64,000 nt of DNA, taken from positions 2,732 through 66,731 of the forward strand of contig CAINQO010000080.1 in NCBI GenBank assembly GCA_903852325.1. Direction: 5' to 3'. The position numbers were made by a program, and so were the translations under genes. The notes under the pieces are model-generated. The model worked only from the letters and a program-made list of their open reading frames with translations. It ran no database searches and had not been told where the DNA came from. This stretch comes from Candidatus Omnitrophota bacterium (lineage in GTDB: Bacteria; Omnitrophota; Gorgyraeia; Gygaellales; Profunditerraquicolaceae). Each line of letters starts with the position of its first letter. Positions within the stretch are counted from its first letter, which is position 1. Positions 45,984 through 53,917 of this stretch are shown in pieces.

Positions 45984-46733
45984 TCACTTTCCTTCTAATT
46001 TTTTAACTAAATCCAGGGCAATTTTAATTAAATTGCCTTCCGCCATATAATACAGCGGATTCATAAAACCCATTTCACCGGTAATCACATTATCACTTAC
46101 CGCTAATATCGAGCCGGCTTTGATATTGTAGGTCTGGCAAATGGTCAGCATCGTGGAAGAGACCATATCCACGGCCAGGGCGCCTTCCTTACGTTTGCCT
46201 TCCACCAGTTCCCGGGTCTCCCGCAATAAAGCGTCCGTAGTCCAGGCCTTACCGCGGTGCACATTTAAACCCATATCTTTAGCAATCTGGAAGAGAAGAT
46301 CAGAAATCTTCTTGTCGCTGATCGTCTTAAAATCCTTATCCACATAATACGGGGTCACTCCGTCGCCGCGGATCACTTCATCGACGACAAATAAATCCCC
46401 CACCTTAATATTTTCATCCATTGCCCCGCAGGTGCCCACGCGGATAATGTTCTGGATCCCCGCGTTGCACATGACTTCGGTGGTGATCGAGGTGTCAGTG
46501 GAAAATCTCCCGCCGTTAATCCCGGTGACCTTAATCCCCTCAAAGGTGCCAGTGTACATGGTGTATTCCATAAAAGAAAAATTCTTGATCGGGTTTTCCA
46601 GCTTTTTCATCAAAACATCCAGCCGGTCCCGGGGGCCGGGCACGATCGCGTACTTACCTACATCCTGAGGCCTTAACTGCACCATCGCGGTTAAATCTTT
46701 TCCCGTTAAATGAACATCTTTCTGCATTTGCAT
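45984..46733 (-). CDS. PNP/UDP family-1 nucleoside phosphorylase (purine/MTA phosphorylase-like)
   Basis: RVGTCGAM phosphate-binding block and the C-terminal AVDMVSSTML block of the DeoD/Udp/MtnP fold. 249 aa. Confidence 0.6.
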   Translation of the reverse strand: MQMQKDVHLTGKDLTAMVQLRPQDVGKYAIVPGPRDRLDVLMKKLENPIKNFSFMEYTMYTGTFEGIKVTGINGGRFSTDTSITTEVMCNAGIQNIIRVGTCGAMDENIKVGDLFVVDEVIRGDGVTPYYVDKDFKTISDKKISDLLFQIAKDMGLNVHRGKAWTTDALLRETRELVEGKRKEGALAVDMVSSTMLTICQTYNIKAGSILAVSDNVITGEMGFMNPLYYMAEGNLIKIALDLVKKLEGK

Positions 46734-46750
46734 GTGAATTCTCCCTTAAG

Positions 46751-47080
46751 TTACGCCCGGTACATAATGACGTTTGCTTTTTCCAATGTGATCAACCCCT
46801 CTTTAACCATACTGTCTAACTGCGGCAGGAACTGATTGATCTTCTCTTCGCTGTCCACAATCTCAATGATGATCGGCAGGTCTTCAGAAAGCCGCAATAA
46901 ATTAGCGGTGTGCATATGGCTTTTGCAGCCAAACCCCATAAACCCTTTGATCGCGGTTGCCCCGGCTAACCCGGTTTTTTTGGCCAAAAGAATGATTTCC
47001 TCATAAAGCGGCTTGCCGTTCCATTTATCAGCCTCCCCGATAAAAATCCTTAAAAGCTTGCCGTCCGCGGGTATCTTCAT
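46751..47080 (-). CDS. DUF190 (PII-like fold) protein, the usual partner of CrcB
   Basis: 109 aa with a LLRIFIGEADKW...GATAIKGFMGFG pattern. Its start overlaps the crcB stop. Confidence 0.7.
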   Translation of the reverse strand: MKIPADGKLLRIFIGEADKWNGKPLYEEIILLAKKTGLAGATAIKGFMGFGCKSHMHTANLLRLSEDLPIIIEIVDSEEKINQFLPQLDSMVKEGLITLEKANVIMYRA

Positions 47081-47451
47081 ATTATTTCTCCTAATAAACC
47101 ACCAATCCTGAATAATATAAGGCCCAAAACCACACTCACAAAAACATTGCTGAACGCGCGCATCGCCTGGCCGTTTTTCAGCAGGTTATCCGACTCAAAG
47201 ATCAAGGTCGAGAATGTCGTGAACGCACCGCAAAACCCGATCATTAATAGAATTTTAGCGTCCGGCCCAAGAATAAACTTTTTATCCGCTAAAGTAGCTA
47301 AAAACCCCAGGATAAAACATCCGCTGACATTGACCACCAGGGTTCCGTAGGGAAAACTTGTGCCGGCCAACCGATAAACAAAACCCCCTAATAAATACCG
47401 GGCAATTGTGCCGATCGAACCTCCGATAATTAAATTTAATAGTTTTATCAT
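47077..47451 (-). CDS. crcB: fluoride channel CrcB/Fluc
   Basis: 124 aa with four TM helices and the IGGSIGTIARY...GTLVVNVSGCFILG signature. Confidence 0.85.
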   Translation of the reverse strand: MIKLLNLIIGGSIGTIARYLLGGFVYRLAGTSFPYGTLVVNVSGCFILGFLATLADKKFILGPDAKILLMIGFCGAFTTFSTLIFESDNLLKNGQAMRAFSNVFVSVVLGLILFRIGGLLGEII

Positions 47452-47846
47452 ACTTTTTTAGCTAATTGCTTTTTTTCGAGTTTCTTAATTTGATCCCAAT
47501 TCCTGACGATCTGGCGTGCTGAGCTTACTTTAACCTTCCCAAAAACATGCGGGTGACGGCGTTTCAATTTCTTCACTAACCCATCAATCACATCCTCCAC
47601 ATCAAATCTGCCTGTTTTACTGGCGATCTGCGCATGAAACATTACCTGTAACAGAATATCGCCCAGCTCCTCCTGCATATTCGCCAGGTCGTTTTGCTTA
47701 ACGGCAAAGATAAATTCATCTACTTCTTCCCGCAGGTACTTTAGCAGTGTCTTGTGCGTTTGCTGCTTATCCCAAAGACAGCCATTGGGACCGTGTAGCG
47801 TTTGGAATAATTCTTTTAGCTCAATAAACTTAGTAGGCTTACTCAT
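47448..47846 (-). CDS. mazG: MazG-type nucleoside-triphosphate pyrophosphohydrolase (single-domain)
   Basis: Typical MazG EExxE/D acidic helices (LREEVDEFIFA...ELGDILLQV), the RRHPHVFG block and a length of 132 aa. Confidence 0.7.
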   Translation of the reverse strand: MSKPTKFIELKELFQTLHGPNGCLWDKQQTHKTLLKYLREEVDEFIFAVKQNDLANMQEELGDILLQVMFHAQIASKTGRFDVEDVIDGLVKKLKRRHPHVFGKVKVSSARQIVRNWDQIKKLEKKQLAKKV

Positions 47847-47976
47847 TAAAACAGTAGACAGTGTATGTAACTATATGCAATAACTAATTTTTTGAAACAA
47901 ATACGAGTAGTTGCTCCGTGAATATTTGTTATGAAACAAGACTGCTTACAATAGGTTACATAAACTGTCTACCTTA

Positions 47977-48888
47977 CTAAAGAGCAAATAACTTTCCCGC
48001 ATTCCCACCCAGGATGTTCTGTTTATCTTCCTGGGATAAATCTAAATCGTTAACCGCTTTGATCCCCGCGGCCACATCCTGCTTTGCCGGCCAGTCGCTT
48101 CCCCAAAGGATGCGTTTTGGCCCCATCAAATCTAAACTTAGCAAAAAATTGGCTTTAGTGGTATCTCCGCTGGTATCGACATAAATATTCTTGAAGTAAT
48201 CCGAGGGCAGTCCCTGCAGATCCTTAACAAAATTCATTTTGCGCAGCATCTGATAAGTTGCGTCGAAACGCTGTTTAAGATAGCAGATCGCCCCGCCGAA
48301 ATGGGCAAAAACAAATTTAACTTTCGGGTAGGTGCGGAAAATATCCGACATTAACAGCCTGCCTGCCGAAATCGTCGTATCGAAAACATATTCGATCACC
48401 GGGGTAAGCAGCGGGTCTTTTACTCGCTCATAGCCGATCGGGTTAACGATCTGGGAGTGCACGAAAACCGGCAGGTTCTTGCCTTGCGCTTCCTCATAAA
48501 CCGGCAGAAACATCTTATCGTCCAGGTAAATCCCGTTATAACTGGAAGCCAGAGACACCGCCTTAAATCCCAGCTCATCCGTCGCCCGATTCAATTCCTC
48601 CAACATATCGATGGAATTATCTACCGGCAGGACCGCCGCGCCGATAAACCGGTCCGGATATTTCTTTAAAATTTGGCCGACATTATCATTATAAAGATGG
48701 GCGACCTGGCTGATGCTCCCTAATTTTAAATGCGCGTCTGAGGTCGGATAGCTTAAGACCGCCCGCTGGATGCCGCTGGCATCCATGATCTTAAGCTGGG
48801 CTTCGATATCCCCCCAGCCCTTATGGAAAAAATGAGCGTTGGAGATTATCTCCTCCGGTAGCCAGTGGCTATGCGCGTCGATCAACAT
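47977..48888 (-). CDS. amidohydrolase-2 (TIM-barrel metal-dependent hydrolase/decarboxylase) family protein
   Basis: N-terminal IDAHSHW metal-ligand motif and conserved H/D positions of the ACMSD/LigI-type family. 303 aa. Confidence 0.6.
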   Translation of the reverse strand: MLIDAHSHWLPEEIISNAHFFHKGWGDIEAQLKIMDASGIQRAVLSYPTSDAHLKLGSISQVAHLYNDNVGQILKKYPDRFIGAAVLPVDNSIDMLEELNRATDELGFKAVSLASSYNGIYLDDKMFLPVYEEAQGKNLPVFVHSQIVNPIGYERVKDPLLTPVIEYVFDTTISAGRLLMSDIFRTYPKVKFVFAHFGGAICYLKQRFDATYQMLRKMNFVKDLQGLPSDYFKNIYVDTSGDTTKANFLLSLDLMGPKRILWGSDWPAKQDVAAGIKAVNDLDLSQEDKQNILGGNAGKLFAL

Positions 48889-49302
48889 TTAGTGGTCGGT
48901 GCTCCGTAAAATGCGCTTGGTCATTTCCTTTTCATAAAGCGCCTTGATCTGCGCCAGGAACCGGCGGCCGAATTCTTTAGCGATCAATTTTTCTATGGCA
49001 TTAAGCTTTACATCCAGGAAAATAAACTCGGTGTTGGTTTTTTGCCCCTTATATTTTAACTCCAGGCAGGCTTTTTCCTTGGCGGCGATATACTCCTGGA
49101 AATTATTCACGTGCTTTTCCAGCTCCGCTTTTTCATGCGGCAGATAAGCGCCCATAAGCGTATTTTCGATCTCCTGCAAAAGATCCTTATCGATATCCGT
49201 CTGGGTAAATTTGCGCTCGAATTTATCAAAAGCTTCTTTGGTAGTCTTGTACAACCAGATAAAGTAACGCTTCTTTAAATTCTTGGTGTCCTGATTATCC
49301 AT
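48889..49302 (-). CDS. hypothetical cytoplasmic protein (137 aa, helical)
   Basis: The ORF abuts the flanking genes with no gap. No recognisable motif. Confidence 0.35.
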   Translation of the reverse strand: MDNQDTKNLKKRYFIWLYKTTKEAFDKFERKFTQTDIDKDLLQEIENTLMGAYLPHEKAELEKHVNNFQEYIAAKEKACLELKYKGQKTNTEFIFLDVKLNAIEKLIAKEFGRRFLAQIKALYEKEMTKRILRSTDH

Positions 49303-49329
49303 CGTCTCTCCGCCTTTCCTAAAACTGCC

Positions 49330-49935
49330 TTACTTCTTGATCAACTCCACCGTATCAAAATAAAGGGTGCCCTTGGAAACGGGAAGCGGCTCAAACTGAA
49401 AGCTCTTGACCGGGAAATCGATCACCCCGTTTTTATCCGCATCCTGCGGCTGCCAATCGTCGCGGGCGATAAATTTATCAAAGCTCACTACGACCTTTTT
49501 CCATCCGGCAGTATCATCCTCGGTAATAAAACGGAACAGCTCTCCGCCGCTATCCTTAACGTCAAAAGCGATTTTAGCCTTGGAGTTGGTCCCGTAAACA
49601 TAAAAAGATATCCCGCTGTAATCCGTCCACTTGATCTCGGAGGGCTTCACCGTCCAGGTAGCATTTTTAGCATCCAGCCCTGAACCGCGGGCAATATACA
49701 TATAACCGCCACTCACCGCGTCATAAGCCGCCTTTAAGGACTGCTTGCCGGTATTTTTGATATCGGTAGCCGCGGTCACCTGCAAGCTGGAACCGTTGCC
49801 GGAACCAAAATCCACCGTGCCTTCGGCGCCGCCGGAAACCGCCATCTCAAAATCATCGAGTAAAAAATTATCCGCAAAACAAATCCCGCTTACCGCTAAA
49901 ATTAAAACTGCCGCGAGTAATCCTATCTTTTTCAT
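49330..49935 (-). CDS. secreted CIA30/CBM11-like beta-sandwich protein
   Basis: Signal peptide and strong RBS (TTAAGGAGAATAAAG). DDFE...W...ISFYVYG...WKKVVVSFDKF pattern of CIA30/CBM-like domains. Confidence 0.4.
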   Translation of the reverse strand: MKKIGLLAAVLILAVSGICFADNFLLDDFEMAVSGGAEGTVDFGSGNGSSLQVTAATDIKNTGKQSLKAAYDAVSGGYMYIARGSGLDAKNATWTVKPSEIKWTDYSGISFYVYGTNSKAKIAFDVKDSGGELFRFITEDDTAGWKKVVVSFDKFIARDDWQPQDADKNGVIDFPVKSFQFEPLPVSKGTLYFDTVELIKK

Positions 49936-49979
49936 CTTTATTCTCCTTAACTGATATTTTGTTTTTCTACCTACTGTTA

Positions 49980-50016
49980 CTTGCCCGGGTGCCGCGCAGA
50001 GGCGCGCACCGGGTAA
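49980..50016. repeat. pair of GC-rich hairpins sharing ACCCGGG cores between the SDR gene and the secreted-protein gene
   Basis: The stretch cccgggtgccgcgcagaggcgcgcaccgggtaatcctatttacccgggtg folds into two adjacent imperfect stems. No U-tract. Confidence 0.35.
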
Positions 50017-50018
50017 TC

Positions 50019-50795
50019 CTATTTACCCGGGTGTTGCTGTTTAAACGGAATTACCGGCGCAGTCCAGGGGGTTTGCTGATTGATCACGGAAATCTCCAGA
50101 GGGCAGACATTGGCCGGCACGGTTAAAGCAAAACGCATCGCGTCTTCTATCGCCTCTGTCCCCATTAAACGGGAAGTATCGCTGGTAATGTCTTTAAGTT
50201 TACCGGTTAAATCCGTATCCGTCACTCCCGGCAGGATCGAAGTGACCTTGATCCCGTGGTCGCGCAGCTCCCAAAACAATCCTTTGGAAAAAGCGCGCAA
50301 CCCCACTTTCAGAGAGCTGTAAACAATAAAGTTTCTCGGGACCGGGTCGACCAGGGTGGAACCGGAAACGATATTAATGATTGCCCCGTATTTTTGCTCC
50401 ATCATATCATTGATCACCAGGCGGATCAGGCGCACATAACCCAGGTAATTGGTGTGCGCCAGCTTCTCAAAATCCTCGATCGGCTGCTGGTTAAAAGGAT
50501 ACTGGGAAGAAACTCCGGCACAGTTGATCAGAATATCCACCTTGCCGAACTTTGCCTTGGCTTTATTCACCAGGTTCTCTAAGTCTTCAAGCTTGGTCAC
50601 GTCGCAGGGAACCGGCAATACCTGGACTTTATATTTAGCGGCAATCTCCTCCGCTGTTTCTTTTAACGGGCCTTCACCGCGGGCGCCGACAACCAGGTTT
50701 ATTCCCAGTCCTGCCGCGGTGCAAGCCAAGGCTTTGCCGATACCGCGGCTGGCTCCGGTAACAATCGCTACACGTCCTTTTAAATCCGTGCTCAT
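50019..50795 (-). CDS. short-chain dehydrogenase/reductase, putative ketoreductase of the PKS-like cluster
   Basis: TGASRGIG Rossmann motif, catalytic YSSLK, and an AAGGAGGA RBS before the ATG at 50795 (the ORF-track start 50837 was trimmed). Confidence 0.8.
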   Translation of the reverse strand: MSTDLKGRVAIVTGASRGIGKALACTAAGLGINLVVGARGEGPLKETAEEIAAKYKVQVLPVPCDVTKLEDLENLVNKAKAKFGKVDILINCAGVSSQYPFNQQPIEDFEKLAHTNYLGYVRLIRLVINDMMEQKYGAIINIVSGSTLVDPVPRNFIVYSSLKVGLRAFSKGLFWELRDHGIKVTSILPGVTDTDLTGKLKDITSDTSRLMGTEAIEDAMRFALTVPANVCPLEISVINQQTPWTAPVIPFKQQHPGK

Positions 50796-50860
50796 TGAAT
50801 CCTCCTTGCGTAGAGACACACACCGGCGTAATTCCACTAAACGCCGGGTGTTGTAGAATA

Positions 50861-51295
50861 TTATTTAGCTGCTTCAATTACTTTCTTAAAGATCAGCAAG
50901 TTGTCCTTGGAATGCTTATTGATGAAACCCTCCACCTGCTCATCGGAAAACTTGGCTTTGCTGTCCATTTTAAAATGCTGGATCCAGGTTAATTCTATCC
51001 CGTCGGCCTTGGGAGTATAAAGCCAGATGATCTTCATGTATTCAAAGGGGAATTTCGGGTCGAAGCGTTCCGAATAAGTAAAATAATTCTCCTTGAATAA
51101 CAGCCTCCAGGAAATCCAGGATTTATCCTCATCGTCGGTAAGCCGGAAGGTGATTTTATTGTCTTCTTTTTTTACAATCTCGGCTTTCTTGTATTCAGCG
51201 CCGAATAACTCTGTCCAGCGCGGGATGTCATTGGAAATATTGAACACTAAATCGTACGGCGCGTTGATAATGATTGAATTACAGGTATGTCCCAA
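50861..51295 (-). CDS. SRPBCC-fold protein (polyketide aromatase/cyclase-dehydrase-like, polyketide_cyc2 type)
   Basis: IIINAPYDLVFNISNDIPRW start typical of SRPBCC cyclases. The start was reassigned to the TTG at 51295, preceded by a perfect AAGGAGG, which removes the 67-nt overlap with the upstream gene. Confidence 0.6.
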   Translation of the reverse strand: MGHTCNSIIINAPYDLVFNISNDIPRWTELFGAEYKKAEIVKKEDNKITFRLTDDEDKSWISWRLLFKENYFTYSERFDPKFPFEYMKIIWLYTPKADGIELTWIQHFKMDSKAKFSDEQVEGFINKHSKDNLLIFKKVIEAAK

Positions 51296-51309
51296 TTTAA
51301 CCTCCTTTA

Positions 51310-52110
51310 TTAATCCAACAAAGCCACTACCCTCGCCCAGGCAGCACCGGTATTTTTGATGCGAATGGGAAAACATTGGATCTTAAATCCGTAATCCGGA
51401 AGCTTTTCCAGGTTAGCCAGCCTCTCGATATGGATAAATTCTTTTTTGCGTCCAAAAAAATGCGCCGGGTAAAAAGTCTTCGGGTCCCTGGTTTTGAGGA
51501 ATTCGGCGAGCATAAAACGGTAGGGCCGGTCGATCCCCATCGTGTCCACGCCGAAGATTTTTATCCCCTGCTCCAAAAGATATTCTATCGCCGAAGGATC
51601 TACTCCGGGGTAATCCGAGAAATATTTCGGTTTGCCGTACAGCTTATCGGCGCCGGTATGCAGTAAAACAATATCTAAAGGTTTAAGCCGGTAATTTATT
51701 TTGGTTAAAGCTTCCCGGATATCCTGCTCTTTAATTACTTCATTGGGTTTTTTATGCCGCATATCCAACTTAACCCCCGGTTGGAAACAATATTCCAGGG
51801 GGATTTCGTCGGCGGTTTTAGAAGGGCGGTTCTCCGATTGGGAACCGTAATGAAAGGAATAATCCAGGTGCGTGCCGACATGCACCGGGGCGTGCACAAT
51901 TTCCAGGGAGAGGAATTCTTCGTCGGGCAGCTCTTCCTTTTTAATGATCCGCTTTCCCAGCGCGTATTTGATCTTACCGGAAAGGGTCTTGCCCATGATC
52001 ACCCGGTTAAACTTTTCCACCCCGGCTTTATGGGTTACCCTTTCGATCGCCACTTTATGCACTTCAAAGGCGGTCTCATCAATGGGTAAGCTCAAATCGA
52101 TTATGGTCAC
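51310..52110 (-). CDS. cyclase-family protein (PF04199; kynurenine-formamidase-like metal hydrolase / putative polyketide cyclase)
   Basis: HVGTHLDYSFHYG matches the HxGTHxDxPxH signature of the family. Confidence 0.7.
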   Translation of the reverse strand: MTIIDLSLPIDETAFEVHKVAIERVTHKAGVEKFNRVIMGKTLSGKIKYALGKRIIKKEELPDEEFLSLEIVHAPVHVGTHLDYSFHYGSQSENRPSKTADEIPLEYCFQPGVKLDMRHKKPNEVIKEQDIREALTKINYRLKPLDIVLLHTGADKLYGKPKYFSDYPGVDPSAIEYLLEQGIKIFGVDTMGIDRPYRFMLAEFLKTRDPKTFYPAHFFGRKKEFIHIERLANLEKLPDYGFKIQCFPIRIKNTGAAWARVVALLD

Positions 52111-52163
52111 CCGGCCTTCTCCTTATTTATCCAGCCTAGCTTCTTCTTAGGTTACAGGAAAAC

Positions 52164-52400
52164 TTACTTAGTTAATTTTTGGTCGATATTGCTGACAATA
52201 TCGTTGATCGTGCAGTTTTTGGTGATCTCTTTGGGGCTAAGCTTGACCCCGAAAGATTTTTCCAAAGCGATAACCGACTCCACCATTTCCGTAGAATCCA
52301 CCCCGATGCTGTCGATTAAAGTAGAGGCGTCTTTTAATTCCTCGATTTTTACTTTTAATAAATTGGCCAGCACTTCTTTTACTTTGTTTTTAGTGTCCAT
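52164..52400 (-). CDS. acyl carrier protein
   Basis: 78-aa acidic four-helix protein with a GVDSTE phosphopantetheine-attachment motif (GxDS). Confidence 0.7.
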   Translation of the reverse strand: MDTKNKVKEVLANLLKVKIEELKDASTLIDSIGVDSTEMVESVIALEKSFGVKLSPKEITKNCTINDIVSNIDQKLTK

Positions 52401-52443
52401 TAATCCTCCCTACCTACTCACTGCTATCTACCCGCTACTGTTG

Positions 52444-53904
52444 TTATATTTGCACTTCCCCCTTGGTCGCGGCGGCTTCCCATTTGCCTACCCCGGCCAT
52501 GACATCCTGGAAACAGAGCTTGGCCAAAGGATCGAAGTTGCTTTCCATGATCCGGTTGATCCTTCCGGGCTTGGAGAAAAACTCGCGCATGCACCAGGAA
52601 CCCAACCTGCCCAGGTCCTCGGTAGTCAGGTGGTCCGTGGGGATTACCGGATGCAGAAAATCCCACTGGCTGAAATCCACCTTTTTCGGGTCGATCCAGT
52701 GTTTCTTTAAAGCGATCCTCCACATCGGAGAATTCGGGGCGGGGGTCACGTAGCCGACCCACAACACATCCGGATCCACCTGGTCGGTAAATTCAAAACG
52801 CTGCTTAACGATCTCTTCGGTATCATAGTCAAACCCCATCATGATGTCAGCGACGATGGCGATGTCATTTCTCCTAAACATGGCGATGGTCTGCTTGATC
52901 TGGTCGATGGTAATACCTTTAGCGATCCTCTTTAACTCCGACTGCGTGGTGACTTCGATACCGAAAACCCCCATAAATAAACCCTGCTCCTTCATCAACG
53001 GCAGGATGGATTCGCAATTGACCCAGTCGATTGCCCGGCCCAAAGAAACCCATTTGATCGGGTTATTCGAAGCTTTTTTCAACTCGCAAAACTTTTGCAC
53101 TCTTTTGGGATCGACATTAAAATTATCATCCTGGATGACAACCACCTTAACCCCGTATTTGCGGTGCAGCAGGTTAAGTTCTTCCATTACCCTTTCCGGG
53201 GATTTAGCGCGCCATTTCAAAAAATCCGAAGGAGAGCGCGGGTCAAACTGGTCCCACTCATAACAAAAAGTACAGGCGGAAGGGCAGCCGCGGGAAGTAA
53301 CCATATCCACGAACGGCTTCCAATAAGTATGCCCGACATATTTATCCATCGGGAAAAGATCGTAGGCCGGAAGAGGAAGCTTGTCCAAATCTTCCATCAA
53401 CGGCTTATGCGGCCCCATGACGATCTGCCCGTCGATGCGGCTGGTGACCCCGCCCACATCTTTCAGTGGCGTATTTTTATCGATCGCCTCGATCAGGTCT
53501 CCGAATGATTCCTCTTCCCCCATGACCACAAAATCAACCGCGGGAATTTCTTCCAGGGTCGGCACCGGCATCGCCGAATACCATAAACCGCCCAGGATGA
53601 TCTTTGTCCTCGGCAGCGCTTTTTTGATCCCGATCGCCGCGTCCTTAAAATGCCGCAGCACCCCGTATCCGCCGTAACCGTGGAGCTGTTCACCCATCAC
53701 GACAATATCTGGGTTTTTCTCTTTGACCTGCTCGATCAACTGCTCCATAGGAATCTGGTCGGCTTTACCGTCGATAACCGCGACATCCTCATACCCTCTT
53801 TCCCGCACATAAGCCGCCCAATGGGCGTACAGCTGGTTTGGAGAACGGTGGATTCCATGGGTCGCCCAGGCACCTACTTTCGGCATTACAAATAAGATTT
53901 TCAT
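52444..53904 (-). CDS. cobalamin-binding (class B) radical SAM enzyme
   Basis: N-terminal B12-binding-like Rossmann region (MKILFVMPKVG...) and an SRGCPSACTFC CxxxCxxC cluster. 486 aa. Confidence 0.75.
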   Translation of the reverse strand: MKILFVMPKVGAWATHGIHRSPNQLYAHWAAYVRERGYEDVAVIDGKADQIPMEQLIEQVKEKNPDIVVMGEQLHGYGGYGVLRHFKDAAIGIKKALPRTKIILGGLWYSAMPVPTLEEIPAVDFVVMGEEESFGDLIEAIDKNTPLKDVGGVTSRIDGQIVMGPHKPLMEDLDKLPLPAYDLFPMDKYVGHTYWKPFVDMVTSRGCPSACTFCYEWDQFDPRSPSDFLKWRAKSPERVMEELNLLHRKYGVKVVVIQDDNFNVDPKRVQKFCELKKASNNPIKWVSLGRAIDWVNCESILPLMKEQGLFMGVFGIEVTTQSELKRIAKGITIDQIKQTIAMFRRNDIAIVADIMMGFDYDTEEIVKQRFEFTDQVDPDVLWVGYVTPAPNSPMWRIALKKHWIDPKKVDFSQWDFLHPVIPTDHLTTEDLGRLGSWCMREFFSKPGRINRIMESNFDPLAKLCFQDVMAGVGKWEAAATKGEVQI

Positions 53905-53917
53905 TTAATTCCTCCCT

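Noticed and set aside
47847-47976. Fluoride riboswitch upstream of mazG-crcB
   Set aside because: The conserved crcB-motif cores were not found on either strand.
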